64,000 bases of DNA from the human T2T-CHM13v2.0 reference genome, Homo sapiens, in assembly GCF_009914755.1 (NCBI RefSeq), contig NC_060929.1; one strand, 5' to 3'. Made by a program: the position numbers and the translations under genes. Shown in pieces: positions 43,932 through 58,847 of the stretch (position 1 is the first letter of the stretch; each line of letters opens with the position of its first letter). The notes below the pieces were generated by a model, which saw only the letters and a program-made list of their open reading frames with translations, had not been told where the DNA came from and searched no databases.

Positions 43932-44222
43932 TGTCTTGCAGTTTCAGTCATCTGGAAGCAGACATTGAAAGTTTGGGGAGCAAGATGCTCAACAGAGATT
44001 AACAATTGTGACCAGAAAGAAAGGAAGCAGGATGGACAAAAGGGTTGTCGAGGCCTACAAGGTTTTGGCCACCCCAGTGGGAGTTGTGGAGTGGGTGTTG
44101 CATCTTAGTACCATGTTGGTCATGCCTTCATGCCAATGCCACACTCTATCACCCTGGATGGAGCTGACCTCCAGCCAACTGAATCTCTGCAGTGAAGGCA
44201 GATCTCAAGCAGTGAACAGAAA
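43932..44222 (-). mobile_element. LTR16-family LTR fragment
   Basis: tgtcttgcag..tctggaagcagacattgaaagtttggggagcaagatg matches the antisense LTR16 3' end. Confidence 0.65.
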
Positions 44223-44429
44223 GTCCTTTTGATCAATTTTTATTATATATTTTTGATGCCAGGGTACTAGAGTGATCTATGCCAAGATCCTCTGCTTTTA
44301 AAAAAAGTATATAAATAAGTAATAAAAATATCTAAGGGCTATTGAGGCATTATGTCATGGTTAATTGTCAACATGGCTCTTTTTTAAATTAATACACAAA
44401 TTACTGTTCAGATCTTACAATATTGTTTT

Positions 44430-46352
<1,923 letters not shown>

Positions 46353-46787
46353 ACAATTATCATAAAGATAATATTAAACATGCCTGGCAGTTTTTTCTGA
46401 CTCCTTGGCTCCCCTTTCTCAATTTTGAGAACATTTATAACATTTAGGATATCTTGTTCTTAAATATTTGATAGAACTCTCAGTAACATTGAGTTTCATC
46501 TTTCATTTTGTCAAATATTTAAAACATTGTTTGACTTCTTTGCTGCTTACACTTAATTAGCCTCTCCCTTATCCCCTTTGGTTAGTTTTAGTAAGCGTGT
46601 ATTTTTTTCAGTAAGTTCATTTGTTCTAGATTTTCAATTTTATTTGCACAAATTTGTTCATAATTCTCTCATCTTTAAAAAAACCCACTGTATCTACAAT
46701 TGTTGTGTTTGTTTCTACCAATATTTATTCATGCTTTCTTTGCTCTCTTTTGTGATTAACCTTAGAAAAGCCATTTTGTTTTATTTT

Positions 46788-47378
46788 ATGTATTAGCTTG
46801 GGTCCTATTAGAAGCAGATAACAAGATGAAATTAAATGTGCAGGGGTTTAACTAAGAGAAATGCCTGTGCAGAAAATATAGCGAGGAAGCTGGTGAAGAA
46901 CTGAGAGAGCTGTCAGACCACAGGCAAGTCTCATCCAAAAAAAGGAAGAAAAGAAGAAACAGTAGACAAATGTGTCCTTTATGGTTGTCCATTCTAAAGA
47001 AGATATGGCAAGGCCTTTGGGGAGTCCTTGAGCTAAAGTCAGACATCCCATATGTGGTTTAGTAAAAAATAAAATGTATTGGGCTAAGTGCAGTGGCTCA
47101 GGCCTGCATATTAATGTTTATATCTTTTTAAAAATAATTCAAGGACTTACAGACATCTCTGTCTCTGGTCATGCTCCTTATCCTGGCTCACATGGCATTT
47201 CAAGATCAGGCTTACATTATTATCCTGATGTGCTTAGTCACTGAGTGGGAGAAATCCATGAGCATCTTGGTCTTAGTGCGAGCATGAGTGGAATTTATAG
47301 CAAACGTGACAGTTAGTGTTGGTAAATTATGCTCCCTTCACATGGAGGTCTGTGAAGTGCATTCTCATAGCCACTACA
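46788..47378 (-). mobile_element. LTR16-family solo LTR carrying a 159-bp foreign insert
   Basis: tgtattagcttgggtcctattagaagcagat.. and ..agccactaca termini. Confidence 0.72.
47045..47203 (+). repeat. Dispersed direct repeat, copy 1 (of 48433-48595)
   Basis: Alignable end to end with about ten substitutions and one 4-bp indel. Confidence 0.95.
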
Positions 47379-47399
47379 ATTCATCCGTCAAAGAACAAT

Positions 47400-49300
47400 T
47401 TTCCAGTCTGTGCATTCTATTTTATTTTTATGTTCAATTTCATCAATTTCTTCTCTAAATTTTATTATTTCGTCTTTTCTAATATAAACACTTAGAGCTT
47501 TCTTGTAAAGTATCATTTAGCTGCTTTCTATAAGTTTTTATGCATAATGCTTTTATAATCATTTAATTTTAAGAATGTTGTAATTTTTAGTGTGACTTCT
47601 CCTATGACCATGAACTATTTGGAGACTTACTTCTAACTTTACCATTTTTAAAAAAATTATTATTTGGTTTAGAAGTTGACATGTGTCTTCAAGTGACTTG
47701 CACACATATTTTCAGGATCTTTGTTTTGCCAAATACTGAGTCCTTGATAACTCTGAAGTCTAATTTTTTCTTATCTCAAACCGGTGATACAGCTGATCCT
47801 TTGATCTCCACTTTTGTGCTCTTAGCTCAGATAGGCAGACGCATGTGGTTTCCAAAAGGAAAACCACAAGCAGAATTCAGTTCTCAGATCAATGTACCCT
47901 TATTCCTGTTCTTGGCCTCTTAATTCTGGTTGTTATGGTTGTTTCTTAATAATTTTTAAAGAACAATATATGTGTGTGTATGTGTATTTGTATGTTTGAA
48001 GTATATATTGCATATATATCATATAATACATAAAATAAATTCATTAATAGAGATGTGTAACACACAAAAATATGTGTATGTTATGTTTAAATATTTAAAT
48101 GTAAATATAGATTTACATTATCTACTTATACGACAAATATAACACTGCATATATTTTACATATGTATATATATAAATTCATCTCTCTATATATCTCTCTA
48201 CCATCTGCTTTTCTAATATTTAGCTTATATCATTGTCCTCTGTGGAAGGACAATGAGTTTGACCCCAGCTATTCTAGAACAGACATTACCCAAAGTGTGA
48301 TTTTTCATCACATTTTTGGCCTTTTTTAGCCCTTTTGAATAAATTTTTTTTATATAACATTATTCCCACATTCATTTGCAAGGTACACATTCTGTTTTTT
48401 TTTTTTTCCTTAAAGTTTACCTTTGGTTTTTAATCCCACATGTGTTTTAATAAAAAATAAAACACATGTGTTGGGCTAAGTACTGTGGCTCAGGCCTGTA
48501 TATTAATGTTTATATCTTTTTAAAAATAATTCAAGGACTTACAGACATCTCTGTCTCTGGTCATGCTCTTTATTCTGGCTCACATGGCATTTCAATTAAA
48601 TGTCATAGTTTTATCTTTTTCCCCTTTATATTTTAACATATTAGTCATTCTTATTGCTGTTTTTTATAGCCAGTATATGGTTAGATTTGCCCAAGGTCTT
48701 ACCACTTTCTTATTCACCATTTTTTCTTGTATGACAGAACTTCATTTTACATCATTTTCCTACTCATTGAAAAACATATTTTATTCCATTGTCTCTCATT
48801 TCTGTTTTTGGTGTTGAGAACTATGCAGTTAACTCTGGGTAATTTATCTTTTGCCTCTGCCTGTCTTTAATATATTCTCTTTGTCTTTGGTGCTTAGTTT
48901 TGAAATGATATGTCTAGATGTGCATTTATTTTTTATTGACCGTTTTTGCATTTTTTAATTTAGTTTGACTACTTATGTCTGTCATCAACAGAAAACATTT
49001 AGTCATTACCTCTACCCCATTTCCTTTCTCTCATTTGTTAAATCTTCTCCCTCTATCTTTTGAGGTTTTTAGGCCCTCCTTCCTATTTCTGATGCTTTGA
49101 TTTTTGGGATGTATTCTGGATAATATTTTCAATTCTCACAGTTCACTAGTTTTCTCATGAGCTGTTTCAAATATTTTCTTCTGAATTTCTAACTGAAGTA
49201 GCTATATACATATATTTTCAAATCTACCTTTAATTTCATAATTTAAAAACTCATTTATATTTTGATAACCTTACTTATTTATTTATTTATTTAAAAATAT
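47400..49300 (-). mobile_element. Degraded old L1 (L1ME-like) fragments
   Basis: T-rich L1-like blocks (tcatttagctgctttctataagttttt; ttctctttgtctttggtgc..atgatatgtctagatgtg). Confidence 0.5.
48433..48595 (+). repeat. Dispersed direct repeat, copy 2
   Basis: Shares atattaatgtttatatctttttaaaaataattcaaggacttacagacatctctgtctctggtcatgctc with copy 1. Confidence 0.95.
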
Positions 49301-49619
49301 TGGCTGACTTCTTTTGCATTGTGTATCCCAGACTTCTAATTCTTACCTAATTTTGGCCTAAAATGTTATGCTACCATACTGGGAAACAGAAAACTCATCT
49401 ATGTCAACCATATGAAATTAAGTAGGTCTTTGCTTGAGCACCAGTCAGATTAGTATAAATCTGAAACCATATTTCACTGGGAACCATTAAAGATTTTCTT
49501 TGCTAATATGTTATTGTAATTAATAATATGTGAAAGTAATTGCAAAGTGTTAAGTGAGCAAATAAAGAGGAAGACCACAAAGTAATATGCAGATTATAAT
49601 TAATATTTTATGTAGGTAT

Positions 49620-49772
49620 CTATGTGTGTGAATACACATATATACATATATGTATATGTATATGTATATGAATATATGCTACTTCTGTATCTTCATATAC
49701 ATATATACATGTATATATACATATACATATATTTATACACACATATGTGTGTGAAGATATATATATGTAGAG
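49620..49772. repeat. TA/TG/CA low-complexity tract
   Basis: Directly visible. Confidence 0.85.
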
Positions 49773-51149
49773 ACAGAGAGTGGCTATCCTTGTATAATAC
49801 CAAAAAAATATCATGGTGTAACAGAATTAAAGATGACTTTTATTTTATATAGATTTATAAATAATTTTATATTTTTTTCTCTAATAAAAAAGTATTACAT
49901 TTTTATTTGAGAAAAAAATAATTTCTTAATTATACAAATCTTTTAGTAAAATCTTTGTGATTTTTTTGAAATAATGTCAGGAGAATGGATACTGTTTCTG
50001 TGTTGGCTGCCAGGGAAGAATTTATCTTCCCTAGTCAAATGGAGATAATATGGGAGAAATGTACTGAGAGCACTGGAGGATGTATTTTTCTGCTTAAGAT
50101 AATGTTAATAAATTATCCTATTTGCATAGTAATTTGGGGAAGATAAAAATTATCTCTACTCTTAAGGCGTTTATTTTCTAGTGACAAGAGACATACCAAA
50201 GATTAAATTGAACAAAAGACTATGCACACGCTAGGTTTGTTGTTTAGATATGAGGTGAGCCAGCTTCTCTCCTAACCCTGCTACAACTAATGAATGTAAG
50301 TAAATCAGTGAACTCTCTTAGTATAGTCTTCCTGATTTGTCAATGCCATTTCTGCTCTACCTAATGTGTAATGGTGCTGTGATAATAAAATTTGGCCACA
50401 CACAAATTAATGCCTTGAAAAATTCAAAGTTGTTTATCTTAAGGGATATATGACGAACACTATTTTGGAAAAGAAATTAGTCCAGTTAAATGTTGATTCA
50501 TTTCTCAGACAGTGAACCTGAGGCTCATGGTTAAATGAGATTAGTCTTTTTAAGTAATCTTATAAATAAATGTGGAAAAGATAATAGGCAACTAGTAGTC
50601 GTTTCATTCGGTTCTCTGTTCATAAACTAAAAATCTTATTTTCTGCAACTGCCTTTTTAAAAAATTACGAGGGAGATTGGAGAAGAAAATTAAAGGATCA
50701 GCATAATTACTATGAAAACAATATGTCCACTGTCTAAAACCACACATGACTAGGTAGGGTTTTGGCTTGCAAAAAGTTGTACAATACCACAGCTTGTGGG
50801 ATGAAGAATCCAGTGATCTCTAGGAGCACCTATGGGCAAATTTACATGGTGATCAAAGAGCCCCTTGAGAGAAAAAGGTTAACAGTTTCCCACTTTTTTC
50901 TTTAATTTCACTATGATAGGTATATTTACAGTGGTTGAAAAGGAAGGTACTTATTGACTGACTAGTAGAAAAGGATACAAAATTCTGCAATGAGAAAGGG
51001 CTGTGAACAAATTTGGTTGACAAGTACTTAATATGTTGTTTGAGTTGGCAAGAGAAAGGGCATCATAAGAAGCATGATGTTTTGCTGAATCCAGAAATAT
51101 TTCCTGACAGCTATGGGTAACCAATATATATTTGACAATATTTTTGTTT

Positions 51150-52560
51150 ACTTAGTAAATACAGTATACTGTCCTATGCATTCGCGGTGTTATGTAAGTG
51201 AATATAAATACAAACCCTGCGTCACGATCTTACGTGCCAGAAAAAAAAAAAGTTGTACAAGTTAATGATTATATTATGAAGCAGAAATTGGTAATCACCA
51301 AACTTAGAGCTTAATTTTTATATCAAAGGAGAAAATGGAAGCATTATATCTATTATTTGCAATTGGGAATGATTGCACAGATGAGATGGCATTTACATAG
51401 AACCTTAAACTTTAAAATATAAAAAGTGTATAGATTAGAATGATATAGAAACTTAGAACAAGGCATTCATGATTGAGAACAGTAGATAACTAAGAGGAGA
51501 GAAAGAAGAAAGCAGAGGATGGACCTGGGTGACATTGTATAGTATTTTAGAGAAGGATAGAGATGAGAGAGATAAGAAGACTTAAGGCATGTGACAAATC
51601 ACCATAGGCCTTGAATATTAAGTTAAAAGTAAACTTTTCATTCCATTTGCAAAAGGATTCTATAAAAGATATAAAGGAGTACAATCTGACATCATGTAAA
51701 ACTTGCTTTGGATCGAAGAGCATTTATAATCAGGGTGACCCATCGGAAGACTGTGTTTCACAGTGCAAACCACAGATAATAAGGTTGGAAAACAGGATGG
51801 GGAAGTGGGAATGGTGAGAACAGACAGAGGCCAAGCAGTACAGGGGAGCAGCTTGGTGGCTGCATGGTTTGCATTATACAGGGCCTTTTCTATATATTTT
51901 CAGTATTAATTCTGTCCTGCATTGATTATCTCTTCCCATTCTGCTGTTCTTTTATCTGTTCTTTTTTCTTTGGTACTTTTGTCTTACAAGTATATACATA
52001 TTTGCTTTGGAAATATGATTTTAAAAAGCAGAAAGATATTAAACATCTATATTCCTATCACACAGACTAATCTTCAAAAACTAGATTTTATTTTTAATCT
52101 CCTTAAAATAAATAAGTACAAAATAAGACTTAAGATGTTATTATTCACTACCCTCCTAGTCAAAACTGCTATTGTGAGTTTGATGTATGTAATTCATGTA
52201 TCTATATATCTGCCATATTTGGTATTTCTAACGTACATTTACATATACATGAAAAAAATCACTTGCATCTTGCTTTTTCACTCAACATTCAAGAACAAAC
52301 TGAATTATAAAAACAATGCCAAGATTTTGAGTCTTAGAGACTGAGAGGATAGTATAATCAGCAGAAATATATGGTGAAAAAAGGAGAGTAGAGGGCCTGG
52401 TTTGGAGGAGGAATTGTGCTAAAATTTTTTGAGAACTTTTTAAATTGATGTGCTGGCAAGATATCCTGTTTTGGGCCTATTAGGCAGGTTGAAATGTAAA
52501 ACTTGATATGCAGAAATGTATCTGAACTTGATGGAAGTGATTCTCAGTAGCACTGATATT
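51150..52560 (-). mobile_element. L2 fragments (interrupted ~51850-52290)
   Basis: gaatgattgcacagatgagatggcattt; ataggccttgaatatta; atgccaagattttgagtcttagagactgagagga. Confidence 0.6.
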
Positions 52561-53953
52561 GAGATCATTTAAGATTTTGTATTTTACAACTACCTCCTTA
52601 AACTTCAAAGTGCTCCAGGCTCATTGGCTCATATTCTCATTTCCTAGACTTATAACAGAGGAAAAAAAAATTAAAGTATGTAAATCACCTTGATATATGT
52701 AGGCCAATTTTATATGTTTTAATAGAAATTAGAGTCTCCTTAACTTGAGATTTGAATGTTTAAATTTCTCTGCTCAGAAAGTTAAAAGTTTAGAGACCTT
52801 GTCATTTTTATATGTGTTACCAACATAAGAATAAATAGTTGCTCTACAGTATATATTAAAAACAAATTATATCTTCAAAATAGGTAATAGGCACTGCTTT
52901 CGAGAGCATAATTTGTTTTAAATGCATGTTTTTAACAGCACAATTTCTCTTCTTTTTTGCATACATGTAATTTGTTTTCACTTTTGTAGTTTTATACCAG
53001 CTTTCAATTAAAATTTTATTCCCAATTGGGCACATCATTTTATTTAAGTTACTTATTTAATACATATTGAAGTGTGTGCATGAGAAGCCCTTTCCAAATA
53101 ATTAGAAAGTGTCTTTAGTTTAACCTAGATCAAGTCCTTATATTTTAAAACTCATGTGAATAGGCTGCCTGGCAATTACCTGAACTCTGTCCCTGAGCTT
53201 TTGACATTAAACAATTAAGCTTTATTTCTTGACTTTCAATTGGTATAGGCACTATCCCACTCCATGTTTGATAAGTTGATTAATGAATCACCAGAACAAT
53301 TTCAATCCTGTCAAAATAATGGAGAATTCATGATATTTGCTCTAACTAACTAAATTTAAAATGCTAATTCAGGTTCTGAGACAAAGTCTAGGACTGGGGA
53401 TCAGAAAGAGAGATGTGGAGTGGGAGAGAAAGGGGTAGGTGTTTCCATAAAGGTGTTAGAGATAGTGCTGGGAGGAGAATTATATGTGGGCAGTCCCAGA
53501 GACCTTACAACATCGAATGCAATTTTTTTTTTCAGCTTCATGTGAAGGTTATATGATATTTTTGATTATTGAAATGCTACAAAAAAGACTCAGAAACGTC
53601 TTCTTCAGTTCTTCCAAATGGAAAGAACTGCTTTAATGATTTTGTTTGGACATCGGATGATGCCTCTCATTCCTCTAGGAACCAATTATTCCTGCTGAAA
53701 CATTTGTTTGCTGTCATGTAGACATGAGCTAGGTGACAGAAATCACAGAATGTCAAAAGATTAGCCTAGACAGACAAAAAATCTTTAAAGAGCCTTGGGG
53801 GCAAACACAGAAACACCCACATGAAAAAATTGAAACAATAATGAAAAATTCCTTCTTTGATGTTTTACAGAGGCAAATAAAATGTGAAAACAATGTTGCT
53901 CAAAGTAAATGTATTTTGTACTTGTATGAAACTACTATAAGATTACATATTGT

Positions 53954-54263
<310 letters not shown>

Positions 54264-55118
54264 CTACCTTACCTAAGGACTTATGTAGCAAATATGTCCT
54301 AGAGTCAGATCTACTGATATCACATATGATAGGATAGAGTGTCACTAAGTATTTTGGGGACAAATGAAGTTTTTGGAGCATAAATGTCAGAAGTAATTTG
54401 TACCTAGTTCCCTAGACTTAAAATATTTAAAACATTAATGAATGTAAAAGATAATTTTAAAGCATTATAAAATTACTGCAGCTAGGACCTCTGTTTAGTG
54501 CCTTAGAAATGTAGGAAGATCAAGCTCACAGCACTGTGGATACACAATCCTTAGCCAACCTTTCTCTCCCACTCAAATATTTTGAAGAAACCCTCTAGGT
54601 CCCGGATCCATTGTAAACTAGACTTTCAAAGTGCTACCATTCATAACTCTTGCCTTTCCAACATTTAGGCATTCAAATATTTTAGGTAATGGAAACTACT
54701 CACCCTTCAACTTTCCCTCTGAACACATTTTGGCCGGGTTAGTTTTCTTTTATCCATCAGCCAACTCCCAACTTCTTGTCATTTTCTCTGAACTCTCATG
54801 TCTTTCATGATGGGTCTGTCTACCATTTTTCTCTGCTGCAAAGGAGGGAGTTTCTTATAATAAATGACTGAATTCTCTATACCTCGCCTTCTGCCCTAGG
54901 AAAACATTTCTTTTCCAAAAATACTCTTCGTATCAGCTAGTCTGTCACATATCCCTGTCCGAAATCTGTAATCTTTCCACAAATTACACTTTTCCCAGAG
55001 CCTGACCTCAGGGAGGGTTCACCTTCTCCAGTAGCTGGAAATTTCCAAAAGAGAAGACCAATGGGCCTACCCCTGTTTGCCAATTCCAGATCACTGTTCT
55101 GTCTTCTTGTTTTTTTTT

Positions 55119-55385
55119 AATTCCTGAAAAAAGAGGTTTAGTTGGCTCACACTTTGCAGGCTGTTCAGGAAACCTGTTACCAGGCATCTGCTTAGCTTCT
55201 GGGTAAGGCCTCAGAGAGCTTACAGTCATCATGGAAGGCACAGGGGGAGCCTGTGGCAGGTGTGGTGCCACACACTTTTAAACAACCAAATCTCCTGAGA
55301 ACTCACTCACTATGGCAAGCATAGCACTAAACCATGAGACATCTGCCCCTGTGACCCAAACACCTCCGACCGGGCTCCACTTTCA
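55119..55385 (-). mobile_element. MST (MaLR) LTR fragment with A-tail and long flanking direct repeats
   Basis: aaaagaggtttagttggctcac..ggcatctgcttagcttctggg..cacacttttaaacaacc..gagaactcactcactat; poly(T) at 55110-55118. Confidence 0.88.
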
Positions 55386-56239
55386 ACTGCTGTGTCTTCT
55401 TGATTACTTGAAAGATTCACTATTTTGAAGTGTCAAGTTACATTACAGAGTCAGACTCTACATTTTAGAACTTTCTCCGCATCTGTGTCCTTATTTCTTC
55501 TGACTTTGGAAGGACCCCTCTAGTTCTGTAGATAACTGTAACACTCAGGTCTCCATTTTCTCTTCGTTCCTTCTCTCTGTTATGGTATCTGGTTGTATGT
55601 CATCCACGGTGATGGCAGATTGTGTATGTTAATGCCCAAGTTCTTTTGACTAGAATTCCTTATTTTATACAAAAAAGCCCAGACTCCAAGATCTAATTTT
55701 ATACCTCCTATTAACACATGTTAATAAGATGTCTTTTAAAAAAAAATGATCAAAGCCATTGATTCCTGTCACCACCTATATTTTCTTAATGCATTTACAA
55801 TTATGTCATGCTAAGCAGCTTCAGTTAAGTCCTTACTACTTTTCAGCTATTCTTTTATTTATTTCTTATTTTCTCCCAATTGTTTTCCCAGAGTGACTGT
55901 TTCAAATATTTTCTCACAATATTTTAGTGAGAAATCAGAGGCCCTGGATCCTACATCTTTCTTGAACTTTCTTCATAGAATGATCTTCTCATAGATGATT
56001 GAATCCACACTGCCCTAAGTTAACAAATTTTCATCAGCCTCAACAATCAGAACTCCCACAGCACCTCAGAATATTTGTGTGTCATTTCCTCATCTTCTAT
56101 CCCCTCTCCAAAAAAAGTTGACACTCCTCTGCCTTCTAAGGCTAAGATCCTGTCTATATGACCTCTGTTCTCCTTTTATCAACCTGTCTGCCTTAAGAAT
56201 TCAATTTCTGTGATGTTTTTCAGGCTAGACATGGGGTAG

Positions 56240-56490
56240 GGGTGAAGATCATGGACTCTGATACCAGGCTATCTGAATTCAAATTCTCACACTGCCACTT
56301 AGTAACCAGGGGAACAGTTATATATCTTTTCTACATGTAACATGTATATAACCTTTATATATGCTGGTTTTCTTATCTATAAAAGGAAATGATTATAATG
56401 ATACATCTCTCCATGAGTTGTTTTGAGGAATAAATGGGATCATATATATGAAGTGTTTATATATGTGGTGAGCACAGTGTTTTCTATATT
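56240..56490 (+). mobile_element. MIR SINE
   Basis: ggactctgataccaggctatctgaattcaaattc..tgccacttagta..ttttcttatctataaaagg..gagttgttttgaggaataaatg. Confidence 0.78.
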
Positions 56491-58847
56491 TTTTCCTAAT
56501 TTCTGCAGGTCCAATTTTGTACCTTACCAGCTCCTTTACTACAACCTATTAAAATGATCAGATTACTCATATTTTAAAATAAAATTCCCCATAACTGGCC
56601 AATATAATTGAAATGAAATAAATTGTAATAAAATATCTGGTTTAACTAGATTAGAGCATTTCCATTTTTGGATTTAGCATCACATATGTAGGACATTATG
56701 TTTTCAGATTGATATACAAAAATTACCGTGTTAAAAATATGTATATTTAATCAATGGCATGACTGCCTTATTTAATCTAAATACTAATAATGGGTGGAAA
56801 TATGTTGTAAATCTCCCTCTTGATATTTTACATTAAGATAATAATAAAGATCATTTTCATATATTTAATTTAATGATAAATATTTCTGTATAACTTTTTA
56901 AAATGTCTTTCATTCTTGGTTCTTGGAAGGAGAGAAAGATCTTCCTTTTAGCTATTCAAATTTTATATTCCCCTGTTCTGTTCTGCCCAAGATAAAGGAC
57001 ATTGTTTCCTGAATCCTAATTGAAGCATAGGAGCTTTCCTGTCATTTCCAATCCAGCGGATGTTAACTAGACTATATCTATGTTTCTCAGTTGTTAATGG
57101 TACCTGGCTATGATGTTTAAAGAAAACTTACAAGGGTGATATTAGAGTTAGAAGATCCTGTTAGGTACCCAAGTAACTCTAAGAAATAGGTTGTACTTTG
57201 TTTCCAGGAACATGACGTTTATAGCTATAAAAGGGAATGTACATATGCACATGTGCATATTCGAATATTAAAAATGTAAAATAATACATAAATGTAAAGA
57301 ACATTGGAAACCAAAAAGTTTCCTTATTGTGAAATTTTGCAGGAGCTTAAGACATATAAGCAATAGTTTAAAGCATTAAAAGGTCATTTGCAATTCACAT
57401 TGAAGCCTATATTTCTCTTGCAGGCATTTTAAAAGGTTGTGTGCATCAGAGTAGAAAAAGAAATTGCCTTAATCCAAATAAATACAGTTTTGCTACAACC
57501 GTCTGGGACAAAAATATGAAATAGGATTCTCTTATATTAGGTATGTTCTGCCTTTGACCATTACTTACAACCCTAGTGGCACTGTTTCAAAAGTAGAGCA
57601 GGGATTCTGTGTTTAAACAATCAAGAATACAAAAATAATATGTTATGACAAGAAAAAGTCATGGTGAATAGTTTTAATGTCTGATGAGATTTGTCTTTAA
57701 GCTGTTCAATAAGTTTTTCATTTAAATTTAAGCTAATAAAAAAAATCTTTAGCAAATTTTGCACCAAATTTACAGAAGTTTCCCTGAAGGAGTAAATCTC
57801 AGAGGTGGAAAATGTATATTTTTTTCTTTAAAATTTAATTTTAATAAAATTCCCACAGTGAAATACATTCAAATATAATGAAAACTGGCAGCTAATTGTA
57901 GTTGAATAAAATGCATGTCAAATTTAATTGTCTTTGGTAATTCAGTTTCATTAATTTATAATTGAATTAGATTTCAATACTTGGAGAAAAAAATGTTTTT
58001 CTGTGGAATAATTATAAAAAGATATTTTCTTATATAATTTCCTCATTGGAGAACTTCTTTATTAAATGTTAAAATAGATAAATAATGCAAATATATAAGA
58101 AAAAATATTATTTTATATGGCTTGGAAAAGAGTCCAAGGGCATAAGGATAATAGCATTAAGCAATATTTTAATCTTATCAATACCATCATTATAAATTTA
58201 TTCCTTAAAACAATCCATGGGCTTACTTATCTCTTTACTTATCCTGCAACTCTCAAGGCACTGGTGTTAGATCCAGTACATTATATAATATCTTCTTATT
58301 TTGAGCTTGTTCCTTGAAATTATGCTACTTTTTTAACTTGTCAGATTGCCTTTATTTATTTAGCTTAAAATATTAATGATATTATTTAGTTGTTGCTCTG
58401 CGATAAAATAGAAAGTCTTTTTGGCTCACTTTTTTTTTTTCCCCAGAGGTTTTCACAGTGTGTAGTAGAGACTAAAATATTTGGAAAATATGGTGATAAT
58501 TCATGGTTTTCTATAGACATTATAACACTGAGCACCTTATCACTTCCAAATCGTTCAAAGCTGAGTATGATTCCGGCAGTTTCTAAGTGGGGTGAAAATG
58601 TAATGGAAGCAATCAGACTGCCTATTCTGAAAACATCCTAGTCTTTTATAGCTCTTTTATAAGCAGGTTTTGTCAAAGAAAAAAAATAAAGCAACGTAGT
58701 CTATAAATTCACTGATAAAAACAGAACAGTGCACAGATTCTAGTGGTTTCTGAATTTTTGGTATGGACAACCCTGAAGCAAATGAAGCAAATACTTTCCC
58801 CTTGTCATTTTTTTCTCCTTATATAGATTTTTTTGTGTGTGTGATAG

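Noticed and set aside
51922-52344. 140-aa ORF
   Set aside because: Non-ATG start in AT-rich degraded LINE sequence; composition (I/L/K/F/Y) is typical of random AT-rich translation.
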